Shown: positions 20,547 through 30,530 of the stretch, one piece after another | Position numbering within the stretch: position 1 is the stretch's first letter | Layout: every line of letters begins with the position of its first letter | NCBI GenBank assembly: GCA_017515475.1 | Contig: JAFWFS010000027.1 | Span: 829-64,828, forward strand | Length of the DNA stretch: 64,000 bases | Origin: Erysipelotrichaceae bacterium | GTDB taxonomy: Bacteria > Bacillota_I > Bacilli_A > Erysipelotrichales > Erysipelotrichaceae | Reading direction: 5' to 3' | Program-made: the position numbers and the translations under genes | Notes under the pieces: model-generated | Databases searched by the model: none | What the model was told of the DNA's origin: nothing | Seen by the model: the letters and a program-made list of their open reading frames with translations, nothing else

Positions 20547-22011
20547 TTTCTCTTTAGATAAACTTCTTGTTTTTTTATCTATTCTATATGTAACGATACC
20601 GGTTTTAGTTTTCTTTTTTGGCTGGTTAAAAGAAGCCGTGGCTTTATTTGCCGCTGTTCCTTTTTTCTTTTTCGTATATTTTGTTTGTAAGGACATTATT
20701 GAAACCGAAACAAAGCTTTTCACTAAAGAAACATATATCTATTGGATCATCGCAATCGCTGTAATTTGCATTTGGGTTTATTTTTCAGGGATAGGTGCTT
20801 TCTCCTTTCAAAACGGCGATCATTGGGTTAGAAATCCTATCTACAGAGACTTGTGTTCTTATCGGTGGCCGGTAATCTACGATCTATCCAAAGAGCCTGC
20901 TTTTGTTCAATCTATTACAGGGTCTGATCCGGTAGCGTTTTCTTATTACTTTACGTTTTGGCTGGTTCCAGCTCTAATCTCAAAAGTGTTTGGATTAAGC
21001 GAACTGGGATGCAACATAATACTGTTTTTATGGTCGGTAACGGGTCTGCTGCTGATTCTTTACAATATGAACAGAATTATCGGAAAGTGTTCTGTCGGCA
21101 GTTTACTGATGCTTGTTTTTTTCAGCGGTATGGATATCTTGAGATGTGTCTACTATGGGAAACCTTATCAATTTATTGAACATATTGAGTGGTGGGGAGA
21201 CTTGTACCGTATACAGTATTCTTCAAATACAACACAGCTTTATTGGGTCTTTAATCAATCAATTCCTCTTTGGTTGATAATTTGTCTGACATACCAACTG
21301 CAGTCAAATAAGTATTTAGGTGCGTTGTATGCATTATCATTTGCTTACTCACCATGGGCGATATTCGGAGTCATACCTATCGCACTTGTGGGGAGTTTTT
21401 CAAAAAAACAGAACATATGTCAAGTATTTAATTTGATTAATATCATTACGACTTTATTGACCGCCGGCATCTATGGCTTGTTCTATGTTGCCAGTTCAGG
21501 AAGTTCCGGAGGTATAGGAACGACCTTGTCGTATTACAGGACCAGACTTTTCGGGTTTTTGATTGATTATTTCATATTTGTTCTTACTGAATTTATTCTG
21601 TACTGGCTGTTTGTTTATAAAGAGAAAAAGAACGATAAATACTTCTGGATCGTTTCGATGGAGCTTCTATTGTTTCCTATGGTTTGGATGAGAGACGGAA
21701 ACTTCACGATGAGAGCTTCCATTCCTGCGCTTTTTATTTTCATGTTATATATCATAGAAACAATGAATCGCATCGAAACGAAAAGCAAAATCGTTCTTAC
21801 TGCTATGTTGCTGATTGGATCTTTGACCCCGATCAGCGAAATAAACAGAAGCATTAAAAACACCTTAATCGGTAATTACGATAATGAAGAAGAAATATAC
21901 AGTTTTGGAAACATTCAGACTCGAAACGAAGCAAGAATAAAGATAGTTAAAGATCAGTTTTTCATATATGATTATAATGAAAGTATTTTCTTTAAGTCTT
22001 TAGGAAAATGA
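20530..22011 (+). CDS. Polytopic membrane protein (candidate polymerase or GT-C); function unknown
   Basis: About 493 aa counting from the ATG at 20530 ([15 protein letters not shown]...). It has at least 10 hydrophobic spans. The start overlaps the upstream flavoprotein gene by 17 nt. The track start at 20476 is unlikely because it lies deep inside the upstream gene. Confidence 0.55.
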   Translation: MSKNHSFSLDKLLVFLSILYVTIPVLVFFFGWLKEAVALFAAVPFFFFVYFVCKDIIETETKLFTKETYIYWIIAIAVICIWVYFSGIGAFSFQNGDHWVRNPIYRDLCSYRWPVIYDLSKEPAFVQSITGSDPVAFSYYFTFWLVPALISKVFGLSELGCNIILFLWSVTGLLLILYNMNRIIGKCSVGSLLMLVFFSGMDILRCVYYGKPYQFIEHIEWWGDLYRIQYSSNTTQLYWVFNQSIPLWLIICLTYQLQSNKYLGALYALSFAYSPWAIFGVIPIALVGSFSKKQNICQVFNLINIITTLLTAGIYGLFYVASSGSSGGIGTTLSYYRTRLFGFLIDYFIFVLTEFILYWLFVYKEKKNDKYFWIVSMELLLFPMVWMRDGNFTMRASIPALFIFMLYIIETMNRIETKSKIVLTAMLLIGSLTPISEINRSIKNTLIGNYDNEEEIYSFGNIQTRNEARIKIVKDQFFIYDYNESIFFKSLGK

Positions 22012-22050
22012 CGAATGAATTCATATAATAAAGATGGAGCATAGTTATTT

Positions 22051-23016
22051 ATGGAAAAAATAAGCAATAGAATAGGACTTTCAATCATTGTCCCCTGTTA
22101 TAACGAAGAAGAAGCTCTTCCAATTTTTTATGAAGAAGCAACAAGTGTTTTACGGTCAATTGGGATTAATTATGAACTGATTCTGGTCAATGACGGATCA
22201 AAAGATAAAACACTAGAAATCATGAAAGAGCTATCTGATAGAGATAATCATGTAATTTATCTTTCTTTTTCCCGTAATTTCGGCAAGGAATCCGCAATGT
22301 ATGCCGGTTTATGTAACGCAAAAGGAGACTATGTAGCCATAATGGATGCCGATATGCAGGATCCTCCTTCGCTTTTGCCGCAGATGATCGATATTCTTGA
22401 AACACAGGACTATGATTCTGTCGCAACCAGAAGAGCGACCAGAAAAGGTGAATCAAAGATCAGAAGCTTTTTTGCCAGATCCTTTTACAAGATAATTAAC
22501 AGGATATCCGATGCCGATATTGTAGATGGCGCCAGAGACTTCCGACTGATGAAAAGAAAAATGGTTGATTCCATTGTCTCCATGAGCGAATACAATCGTT
22601 TTTCCAAAGGCATCTTCGGCTGGGTTGGCTTCAAGACATATTGGCTGCCTTTTGAGAATGTGGAACGAGTTGCAGGAGTTACTAAATGGAGTTTCTGGGG
22701 TTTATTCAAATATGCAGTCAACGGCATTATCAACTTTTCACAGACGCCGCTGGTGATCGCCTCCTTTTTCGGCATGTTCATGACCGCGGTGGCGTTCATG
22801 ATGTTGGCATTCATTGTTGTCCGGAAGCTGATTTTTGGCGATCCGGTTGCCGGATGGGCTTCCACGATGTGTGTTATCATATTTATTGGCGGTATTCAGC
22901 TGTTCTGTCTGGGCATCATGGGGCAATACATCGGTAAGATGTACATGGAAACCAAGAACAGACCGCATTACATAATCTCCGAAACCAATAGAAAAGAAAC
23001 AGAAAAAATCAGGTAA
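22051..23016 (+). CDS. GT2 glycosyltransferase, GtrB/ArnC/CsbB type (polyprenyl-phosphate sugar synthase with 2 C-terminal TM helices)
   Basis: 321 aa. Motifs include LSIIVPCYNEEEAL, LVNDGSKDKT, FSRNFGKESA, IMDADMQDPP, two TM segments (LVIASFFGMFMTAVAFMMLAF and VIIFIGGIQLFCLGIMGQYIG), and the terminal motif RPHYII. Confidence 0.85.
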   Translation: MEKISNRIGLSIIVPCYNEEEALPIFYEEATSVLRSIGINYELILVNDGSKDKTLEIMKELSDRDNHVIYLSFSRNFGKESAMYAGLCNAKGDYVAIMDADMQDPPSLLPQMIDILETQDYDSVATRRATRKGESKIRSFFARSFYKIINRISDADIVDGARDFRLMKRKMVDSIVSMSEYNRFSKGIFGWVGFKTYWLPFENVERVAGVTKWSFWGLFKYAVNGIINFSQTPLVIASFFGMFMTAVAFMMLAFIVVRKLIFGDPVAGWASTMCVIIFIGGIQLFCLGIMGQYIGKMYMETKNRPHYIISETNRKETEKIR

Positions 23017-23020
23017 AAAA

Positions 23021-23974
23021 ATGAGAAAGAAGATCTCCATTGTTACGCCATGCTACTTCAACGGCATGAACCTTCCTGAAACATACAGTGTTATTAAAAA
23101 CACTGTGTTTGATGTATGCAAAAACTACGATTTTGAATGGATCTGCGTCGATGACGGCAGCGGCGATAATCAGCTGGAAGTCATGCAAAAACTGCAAAAA
23201 AAAGATGACAAAATCAAGATTGTCAAGCTTTCACGTAATTTTGGAGAATTTAGAGCCATTGTAGCCGGCATGTCTGTTGCACAAGGTGATGCAGTCGCCG
23301 TTATCAGTGCCGATCTTCAGGATCCGCCTGAACTGATTCCTGATCTTTTGAAATTATGGGAAAAGGGTAGCTTGGTCAACCTGGCAGTCAGAAAAGAAAG
23401 AGAAGAGAGTTTTCTGAAGAATTTCTTTGCGGATACCTATTATAAACTGGTAAGAAAATGGGTCATTGCAGATTATCCAAAGAGAGGTTTTGACTTCTTC
23501 TTGATCGATAAGAAAGTCGTAAAACAACTGGTAGAAATGCAGGAAAAAAATTCCTCGATCTATCTGCAACTGATCTGGCTTGGCTATAAACCACAGACCA
23601 TTGAGTATACTAGAAGAAGCAGAGAAAAAGGGAAATCCATGTGGACGTTTAAAAAACGTCTGGATCTCTTTATCGATACTTTTGTCGTTTTCTCGCATAA
23701 GCTGATCCGGTTCATTATTTCGATCGGTTTATTGTTTGCTTTACTGGGAATGATTCTGGCAGTATACTTCATCATCGATAAGTTAACCAGCAACGTCATG
23801 CAGGGCTGGACTTCGTTGATCGTGCTGATATTGGTGGTATCCGGCATCATGATGGTGATGATGGGCCTTCTGGGAGAGTATATTTGGAGAAATCTCGACG
23901 AAACCAGAAGAAGACCTTTGTATGTGATTGAAGAAGTGATCACTAGGGAGAAAAAGAATGATTCTCGCAAATAA
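23021..23974 (+). CDS. Second GtrB/ArnC-type GT2 (polyprenyl-phosphate sugar synthase-like)
   Basis: 317 aa. Motifs include [40 protein letters not shown], two C-terminal TM helices, and GLLGEYIWR...RRPLYVI. Confidence 0.82.
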   Translation: MRKKISIVTPCYFNGMNLPETYSVIKNTVFDVCKNYDFEWICVDDGSGDNQLEVMQKLQKKDDKIKIVKLSRNFGEFRAIVAGMSVAQGDAVAVISADLQDPPELIPDLLKLWEKGSLVNLAVRKEREESFLKNFFADTYYKLVRKWVIADYPKRGFDFFLIDKKVVKQLVEMQEKNSSIYLQLIWLGYKPQTIEYTRRSREKGKSMWTFKKRLDLFIDTFVVFSHKLIRFIISIGLLFALLGMILAVYFIIDKLTSNVMQGWTSLIVLILVVSGIMMVMMGLLGEYIWRNLDETRRRPLYVIEEVITREKKNDSRK

Positions 23975-25055
23975 TCTGAAAAGACAGTATGACCTGTTTG
24001 CGGAAGAATACCGGCAGAAAGCGGTTGAAGTCCTGGATTCCGGCTGGTACGTTTTAGGCAATGAAGTAAAGGAATTCGAAAACGAATTCGCTTCCTATAT
24101 CGGTTCAAAACACTGTGTCGGTGTTGCTTCGGGAATGGATGCCCTGCAGATCGCATTTCGGATCATCGGCATTCACGAAGGCGATGAAGTAATTGTCTGT
24201 TCTAATGCGTATATTGCCTGTGCCATGGGCATTACAATGAACGGCGGTACACCGGTTTTTGTAGAACCGGATGCATACGATAACCTTGATGCTGAAAAGA
24301 TTGGGGAGAAGATAACAGATAAAACAAAAGCCATTCTGGCAGTTCATCTTTATGGCCAGTCCTGTGATATGGACAAAATCTGTGAGATTGCCAGGAAATA
24401 TAACCTAAAAGTGATCGAAGACTGTGCTCAGGCACATGGAACAAAGTGGAAGAAAAACAAGTGTGGCAGTATTGGCGACATGGCCTGCTGGAGTTTTTAT
24501 CCGACCAAAAATCTTGGTGCATTCGGTGATGGAGGAGCAATCACGACCGACGATGAAGACTATGCCAATGAAGCCAGAGTCATCCGCAACTACGGATCAA
24601 AAAAACTGCACTACGAAAATGATATTATTGGTATGAATTCCCGTCTGGATGAACTGCAGGCCGGTCTTTTAAGGGTCAAGCTGAAACATCTGGATGAACT
24701 TAATGAAGAGAGGATTCAGATCGCAGACAGATACAGCAACGAGATTGTCAATCCACTGGTTAGACCTCTTCAGACCAGACCAGGCTCAAACAACGTTTAT
24801 CATCAGTATGTGATTCATTGCGATAGAAGAGATGATCTGATGAACTATTTGAAAGAGAATGATATCGGAACGATTATTCACTATCCGATCCCGCCACATC
24901 TGCAGAAAGCCTATGCCTATCTGGGATATCATAAAGGAGACTATCCGATTGCGGAGAGATATGCAAATGAAGTTCTATCTTTGCCGATGTACAACGGCAT
25001 GAGTAAAGAGGAACTGGATTACGTCATAGAAAGAATAAATGATTTTAAGGAATAA
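23958..25055 (+). CDS. fdtB: DegT/DnrJ/EryC1-family sugar aminotransferase (FdtB/QdtB-like, NDP-3-keto-6-deoxyhexose 3-aminotransferase)
   Basis: 365 aa. Motifs include [38 protein letters not shown] and [19 protein letters not shown] (PLP lysine). It overlaps the upstream GT2 by 17 nt and is followed 2 nt later by an FdtA-type isomerase. The 3-position specificity is inferred from that partner. Confidence 0.75.
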   Translation: MILANNLKRQYDLFAEEYRQKAVEVLDSGWYVLGNEVKEFENEFASYIGSKHCVGVASGMDALQIAFRIIGIHEGDEVIVCSNAYIACAMGITMNGGTPVFVEPDAYDNLDAEKIGEKITDKTKAILAVHLYGQSCDMDKICEIARKYNLKVIEDCAQAHGTKWKKNKCGSIGDMACWSFYPTKNLGAFGDGGAITTDDEDYANEARVIRNYGSKKLHYENDIIGMNSRLDELQAGLLRVKLKHLDELNEERIQIADRYSNEIVNPLVRPLQTRPGSNNVYHQYVIHCDRRDDLMNYLKENDIGTIIHYPIPPHLQKAYAYLGYHKGDYPIAERYANEVLSLPMYNGMSKEELDYVIERINDFKE

Positions 25056-25057
25056 AA

Positions 25058-25471
25058 ATGTCGTTAAGAGATAAGTGCCCGATTCTGGAATTCAAGGATC
25101 AGGGAGATGAAAGAGGGAAACTGGTTGTAATCGAAGGGGAGAAGTCGATTCCTTTTGCGATACAGCGTGTTTTCTACATCTATGGGTCGGATGCGACAGT
25201 TGTCAGAGGACAGCACGCCAACAGAGAATCGGAATTTGTTCTGATCAATGTTGCCGGCAGCAGCAAAGTCCGTATTACTGACGGTAAAGAGGAGTTTGTT
25301 GTAGAGTTGAACAGGCCGATGACGGGCATCTATATCCCGAAAATGGTCTGGAAGGATATGTATGATTTTTCCGATGACTCTGTTCTGCTTGTGCTTGCCA
25401 GTACGCACTATGATGGAAACGAATATATCAGAGACTATGACGCATATTTAGAGGAAATCAAGAATGGATAA
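25058..25471 (+). CDS. fdtA: FdtA/WxcM-type cupin, dTDP-4-keto-6-deoxyhexose 3,4-ketoisomerase
   Basis: 137 aa. Motifs include DERGKLVVIE...IPFAIQRVFYIYG...VRGQHANRE...LINVAGSSKV and LVLASTHYDGNEYIRDYDAYL. The size and motifs are typical of FdtA/QdtA. Confidence 0.8.
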   Translation: MSLRDKCPILEFKDQGDERGKLVVIEGEKSIPFAIQRVFYIYGSDATVVRGQHANRESEFVLINVAGSSKVRITDGKEEFVVELNRPMTGIYIPKMVWKDMYDFSDDSVLLVLASTHYDGNEYIRDYDAYLEEIKNG

Positions 25472-27005
25472 AGAAACAAAAAAGGGCATAAAGATATCCG
25501 ACATACTCCTGTATGTCGTTTTCACATTATTAATGATTTTCGTTATCTCGATGAAGATTGACTATCACATGGACGAAACATTGACATACGGTCTATCAAA
25601 TCATGCCGGATCATATTATATGGAACCAATAGACGGAATTCGCTATGAACCTTCCATTCAGCCTTATATAGATTATCTGGGAGCAACATCTCTGTCCCCG
25701 TCTTCTTTCTGGATCCCATATATCAATCAGGCAAGCGATTCTCATCCGCCGATCTATTACATGATCATTCATTTTGTATGCGGTCTCTTCAAGAGAACTT
25801 TTTCCCGCTGGCAGGCCGGATCTGTCAATATACTGTTTGCTTTAGGAACGCTTTTTCTGGTTAGAAAAATGATATCTCTCCTGACTGACAATAAACTCAT
25901 TTACCGGTCCTTGTCTTGGGCGTTTGTTTTTTGCTCAGCGATTCTTTCCGAAGTATCGTTTTTTAGAATGTATGTCATGGTAATATTCCTGACGACATTA
26001 ACGACTTATCTGTTTATATGGCAGATCGAGAAAGAAAGGGGAATTCTTTTCTATGCACTGATCAGCATTGTTGTGCTGACAGGAGCCCTTACTCACTATG
26101 GAACATTGATTTATTCTGCTCTGATCTGCATTACTTACGGAATATATCTTCTGATTCATAAGAAATGGAAAGATGCCGTGATCTTTTGCGTTCTCATGGG
26201 CATTGCTGCAGGAATCGCGATCGGCGTTTATCCGGCAATTATCCATCACGTCTTCGGCGCAGGAAGAGGGGGAGAATCGATTGGAAATCTTTTTGATCTT
26301 AGCGACATATTTTCCAGATACTTCGAGTATTTTTCTTTCTTTGACCGTTTTGTATTCGGGAGAATGCTGATTCTGATCCTTGTTTCGATCGTTGTTCTGT
26401 TCTTTTATCAGAAAAAAAAGGACCATCTTAAACTGGATGAGAAGACGGCAATGAAATATATCATTGTTATTGTTCCTGCTGCTTTGTTCTTTTGCGTAGC
26501 AGCGAAGTCATCCCCATATATAGAAGAAAGGTATACTTCAGCGATATATGCTACGGTTTTTGTGGGTGTATTATGTCCTCTCATGATTTTAGTTAGCAAA
26601 TGTTTCAATGAAAAGATCGCAAGAATCGTTACCGTATCTTTCTTGTTACTTATGTCGCTGATTTCGCTGGCGGGTAACGGATGGCAGTATCTCTATCGCC
26701 ACGAAAAGAAAAATTTCGATATTCTGGACAATTATGCAGAGAACGACTGCATCTGTATCTATAGCGGTGAAAGCTGGAGAATCAATACTTACATAATTGA
26801 ACTGACAAAGTATAACAGCTTGACGTTTATCAAACAGGGTGATATTGATCAGTATGATCTGGAGAGTTTTATCACGACTGATAACGGAATCATCGTTCTG
26901 GCGGGAGTTTTCGATGACAGCTATATGAATGAGGTCATGGAGAGACTCCCTGACTATAAAGGATATGACTATCTCTGCGAAAGATCATTTTTTGTTTATA
27001 GATAG
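25464..27005 (+). CDS. GT-C-like polytopic membrane glycosyltransferase (ArnT/PMT_2-like)
   Basis: 513 aa. The first loop reads DYHMDETLTYG (D-E at 25572-25577), followed by SDSHPPIYYMIIHF. It has many TM helices and a soluble C-terminal domain. It overlaps the fdtA end by 8 nt, which suggests translational coupling. Confidence 0.65.
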   Translation: MDKETKKGIKISDILLYVVFTLLMIFVISMKIDYHMDETLTYGLSNHAGSYYMEPIDGIRYEPSIQPYIDYLGATSLSPSSFWIPYINQASDSHPPIYYMIIHFVCGLFKRTFSRWQAGSVNILFALGTLFLVRKMISLLTDNKLIYRSLSWAFVFCSAILSEVSFFRMYVMVIFLTTLTTYLFIWQIEKERGILFYALISIVVLTGALTHYGTLIYSALICITYGIYLLIHKKWKDAVIFCVLMGIAAGIAIGVYPAIIHHVFGAGRGGESIGNLFDLSDIFSRYFEYFSFFDRFVFGRMLILILVSIVVLFFYQKKKDHLKLDEKTAMKYIIVIVPAALFFCVAAKSSPYIEERYTSAIYATVFVGVLCPLMILVSKCFNEKIARIVTVSFLLLMSLISLAGNGWQYLYRHEKKNFDILDNYAENDCICIYSGESWRINTYIIELTKYNSLTFIKQGDIDQYDLESFITTDNGIIVLAGVFDDSYMNEVMERLPDYKGYDYLCERSFFVYR

Positions 27006-27040
27006 AGATTGTTATATAATTTCTCAATAGGGTATAGATC

Positions 27041-28870
27041 ATGGAAATATTTAGAAGTGTTGTACCGATACTGTTCTTTATGACAATAAACAGCGCCTTA
27101 TGCACGGTACTTAAAAAAGGATTCGGAAAATGTCTGCCGTTCACTCTGATGACAGCAGTTTTTATGGTGTTTATATCTCAAACAATATTCAATACATTTA
27201 GGTTTGGATATTATCTTCTGATTTTGCTTTTTATCCTTTCTCTGTTCCTGATTTATAGGAACAACGACAAGAGAAACTACATTTTCACCAGCGGTTTTTA
27301 CATTTGTTTATGTCTTTGCCTTATTTTCCTTTTTATTGATTTTGGAAGACGTTTCTTTTGGGATGACGAACTTAGTCACTGGGGGAAGATGGTAAAAGAA
27401 ATGTGGAGACTGGATAAGTTCTATTATGTAAACGAATCTTCGCTGAGGAGCCATAAAGATTATCCGCCTTTTATTTCTCTGTTTGAATTGCTGTGGTGCT
27501 GGTTGTCTATGGGTTTCAGCGAAAGCAATATTTCCTTCGCCTTGCATTTCTTCGAGTTTTCTATTTTACTGCCTCCTGTGTTCGATGATTACTTTGAAAG
27601 CAGAAGAAAAGTCGAAAAGATTATCATGGATCTATTGCTCTGTGTATCTGTGATCGGCGTTGTTGTCTTCCTTGACAGTACTGATGTTTTTAATACCATA
27701 TATACCGATACTTTGATTGCTCTTCAGTTTGCTTACAGTATCTTCCTGATTTATTCAGATGAGATAGAGAACCATTTCGGAGTGTTATGCTATTCGTTGA
27801 TTCTGACGGCCGTTTTGATGACAAAACAGGTTGGTATCGCTTTTTGCATGCTGTCTTTGTTCTATGCTGCTTTATGTGCTATCTTTGGCCGTAACAGAAG
27901 AACGGAACTTTTGAATCTGCTGTCATCCCTTGTTATGCCTGTTGCTTTCTATCTGCTGTGGAACTATCTCATCAAAGACTATGAGCTTATAAAGCAATTT
28001 GATTTAGGAAACATCAGCGTTTCAGGAATGAAGGAAATTCTTTCGGGCGGTTCGTTCCAGCTGAATACGATCAAAATGTATGTGAATGCTCTATTCAAGA
28101 CCAGCATTTTCAAATGGTTTGCTCCTATCACTTTTCTGTCTTCGTTGCCGCTGGAGATACTGCTTCTGGAGCTGATAAAAAGATATTCATTAGAAAAGAA
28201 AAAAAAGACTTTCTTCGAACTGTGCTGTATAGTTGGAACGGCTGGTTATGCTTTGATGATGCTCATTCTTTATGCATTCTGTTATCCGGAAAGGGAAGCA
28301 GTTGTATTGAAATCTTATGAAAGGTATATGACCTCATTCATCTGTGCATTAATTGTTTGTATCCTATTTATTCTTATAGATACGTTTAAGCAGAAAATCA
28401 ACGACATGGATATGCACAAAGCATTTCTCTGCTTGTTAACAGTATTAACGGTTCTGGACGGAAACAGACTTCTGGATTTTGTGCCGCAGATTCTGTTAGG
28501 GAACAGATTCGCATCTTATGAAAAGAGAGCGGATTTTATCAAAGAAAGAGTTCATAGCAATTCCCGGGTCTTTATTGTCTATAATCAGGACAGCAATGAT
28601 AATTATCCTGCTTTCATAGCATATTATTGTGATGATGTGTTTTTTAATGAGAGGAACATGGATTTATACAAAGACAAGTATTCGGATATGGATGATTACA
28701 AGAAAGCCGTTGATGAATTAAAAACATATAACTACCTATACGTTATTGAAACAAGCGATGTATTCAATTATTTCTTCAATCCGATGAATAATGGAGAAGA
28801 TTTCCTGCCTGAAAGCATATACAGAATTACGGTGACAGATAATGATATGAAAACGGAGCTGGTAAACTGA
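27041..28870 (+). CDS. Large polytopic membrane protein, GT-C-like
   Basis: 609 aa. It carries FFWDDELSHWG (DDE at 27362-27370) followed by HKDYPPFISLFELLW. It has at least 12 hydrophobic spans and a soluble C-terminal tail. Confidence 0.55.
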   Translation: MEIFRSVVPILFFMTINSALCTVLKKGFGKCLPFTLMTAVFMVFISQTIFNTFRFGYYLLILLFILSLFLIYRNNDKRNYIFTSGFYICLCLCLIFLFIDFGRRFFWDDELSHWGKMVKEMWRLDKFYYVNESSLRSHKDYPPFISLFELLWCWLSMGFSESNISFALHFFEFSILLPPVFDDYFESRRKVEKIIMDLLLCVSVIGVVVFLDSTDVFNTIYTDTLIALQFAYSIFLIYSDEIENHFGVLCYSLILTAVLMTKQVGIAFCMLSLFYAALCAIFGRNRRTELLNLLSSLVMPVAFYLLWNYLIKDYELIKQFDLGNISVSGMKEILSGGSFQLNTIKMYVNALFKTSIFKWFAPITFLSSLPLEILLLELIKRYSLEKKKKTFFELCCIVGTAGYALMMLILYAFCYPEREAVVLKSYERYMTSFICALIVCILFILIDTFKQKINDMDMHKAFLCLLTVLTVLDGNRLLDFVPQILLGNRFASYEKRADFIKERVHSNSRVFIVYNQDSNDNYPAFIAYYCDDVFFNERNMDLYKDKYSDMDDYKKAVDELKTYNYLYVIETSDVFNYFFNPMNNGEDFLPESIYRITVTDNDMKTELVN

Positions 28871-28871
28871 C

Positions 28872-30479
28872 ATGAACAAAACTGTTAAAAAATACATTGA
28901 ATTATTTAAAAAGCATTCGGACTTAATCGGATATATCGCTTTGGCTCTGTTTTTTATCTTTTTGCATCTGAAGATGTATACGGTGATAGATCGACTTATC
29001 GACTCTGATATGTCTAGCGAACTTGTTCTGGCAAGGATCCTGGCATCAGAGAAGGTTTTGATTACGAAAAGCTGGTTTTATTCCAGTGAAATCAGAATTC
29101 TGAATACCAATCTTGTATTTGCACCTCTTTTCCTGATTACGAACAACTGGCATCTAGTCAGGATGATTGGAATGGCGATACTGAATATAATCCTGTTTAT
29201 CACTTTTGCTTATCTCGCAAAACAGTTAAGTATTAGGCATATTCCATGGATTGGTTTTCTGATCCTGGGATGTGTTTCCAAAGATTATTTCCTATTTGTA
29301 ACAATGGGATCGTTCTATGTTCCGCATTTTGCGATTTCTTTTATCTCTATAGGACTGATCATTGGTTTCTTTAAGGATGAGAGGAAGAATAGGAAGATAC
29401 TAAAACTGATTATTCTATTCGCATTGGCGTTTGCGGCAGGACTTGAAGGTATGAGATTAGTATCGATTACTTATCTGCCTTTGGTTCTGACTGCTATGTT
29501 GAGCTGTTTCATCAGCGAACTGGACGAGCTGAAAGAAGGCAGGTTCCGGTTGAAAGAACGGACCGTAATGCTGACGGCGGTATGCGCTTTAGGCTTTGTA
29601 TTCTCCTATGCGGGTGCCTATGTCAATTCAAACATACTTCCTGCTTTGGGATACTCCTACAAGATGGATGGTACGGATCTATATTATTCCGGTTTTGATT
29701 TTGAATCATTAGGGCAGGTCATTGACGGATGGATTGATGTGCTCGGTTATCAAAGCGACAACATGCCTGTATTCATGCCAACACAGTTGATTCTTAAACC
29801 GCTGTTTGCCTTGTTCTTCATTATCTTGTGCTGGGCAGTAATTGATATTCTTAAATATAAAGAGAAATACGATTTCTATGAGAGATTTATGAACCTGTAT
29901 TTCCTGATTGCCGCTCTGGTTATCAGTGCGCTGTTTGTTTTTACAACGACAGCTTATGTAAACCGTTATCTCTTGCCGGTTTCGGTTTTCTCCGTCTTTA
30001 CTGTCGGCATCTTCTTCTCTCATTACCGTATCGAATGGCAAAAATGGGGAATGCTGTCACTGATTGTCGTATTTATAGTAGTCAATACCAGATTCCAGAT
30101 CCATTATCAGCGAGATAATAACTGCTATACGGACGACAGTTTATTTGCCGCTGAGCAGACTATTCTTGCTAATGATTGCTTTAGCGGTTACACAATTGAT
30201 CACTGGAACGGTCATAATCTGTTTACGGAATTGACTGACGGCAAGATTGAAACTTGGAGACTAAATCAAAACGGTCTTAAAAGTATTAGCACATGGCTGC
30301 AGGCGAAGGATCATCAGACAAAAAAGCCTTCAGGCAAAGTATTTCTGCTTCTGCTGCAGGAGGAAAAAGAACTGGTTCATTTCAATGAAGATGTCAGCAG
30401 CTACATCCGTTATGAAGACAATGAAAGAATCCTATACATTTTTGACAATTATGAACAACTAAAAGGATTCATGGAATAA
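28872..30479 (+). CDS. Large polytopic membrane protein of unknown function (same apparent family as 13305..14903)
   Basis: 535 aa. It starts 1 nt after the previous stop. The loop after TM1 reads DSDMSSELVLARIL. It has many TM segments and a soluble tail of about 120 aa. Confidence 0.55.
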   Translation: MNKTVKKYIELFKKHSDLIGYIALALFFIFLHLKMYTVIDRLIDSDMSSELVLARILASEKVLITKSWFYSSEIRILNTNLVFAPLFLITNNWHLVRMIGMAILNIILFITFAYLAKQLSIRHIPWIGFLILGCVSKDYFLFVTMGSFYVPHFAISFISIGLIIGFFKDERKNRKILKLIILFALAFAAGLEGMRLVSITYLPLVLTAMLSCFISELDELKEGRFRLKERTVMLTAVCALGFVFSYAGAYVNSNILPALGYSYKMDGTDLYYSGFDFESLGQVIDGWIDVLGYQSDNMPVFMPTQLILKPLFALFFIILCWAVIDILKYKEKYDFYERFMNLYFLIAALVISALFVFTTTAYVNRYLLPVSVFSVFTVGIFFSHYRIEWQKWGMLSLIVVFIVVNTRFQIHYQRDNNCYTDDSLFAAEQTILANDCFSGYTIDHWNGHNLFTELTDGKIETWRLNQNGLKSISTWLQAKDHQTKKPSGKVFLLLLQEEKELVHFNEDVSSYIRYEDNERILYIFDNYEQLKGFME

Positions 30480-30499
30480 ACCGCTGAAAGGCGGTTTTT
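30478..30499 (+). terminator. Rho-independent terminator separating the membrane-protein run from the kds operon
   Basis: aaaccgc-tgaaag-gcggttt followed by tt, overlapping the stop codon of the preceding gene. Confidence 0.7.
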
Positions 30500-30530
30500 G
30501 TATGTAAAGATAATATCGTTTATAATAGGA

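Noticed and set aside
22051-23974. The two adjacent GtrB-type GT2 genes as a recent tandem duplication or repeat.
   Set aside because: Their proteins share only family-level motifs (for example SIIVPCYNEEEAL versus [13 protein letters not shown]). I saw no extended nucleotide identity between them. They look like anciently diverged paralogues.
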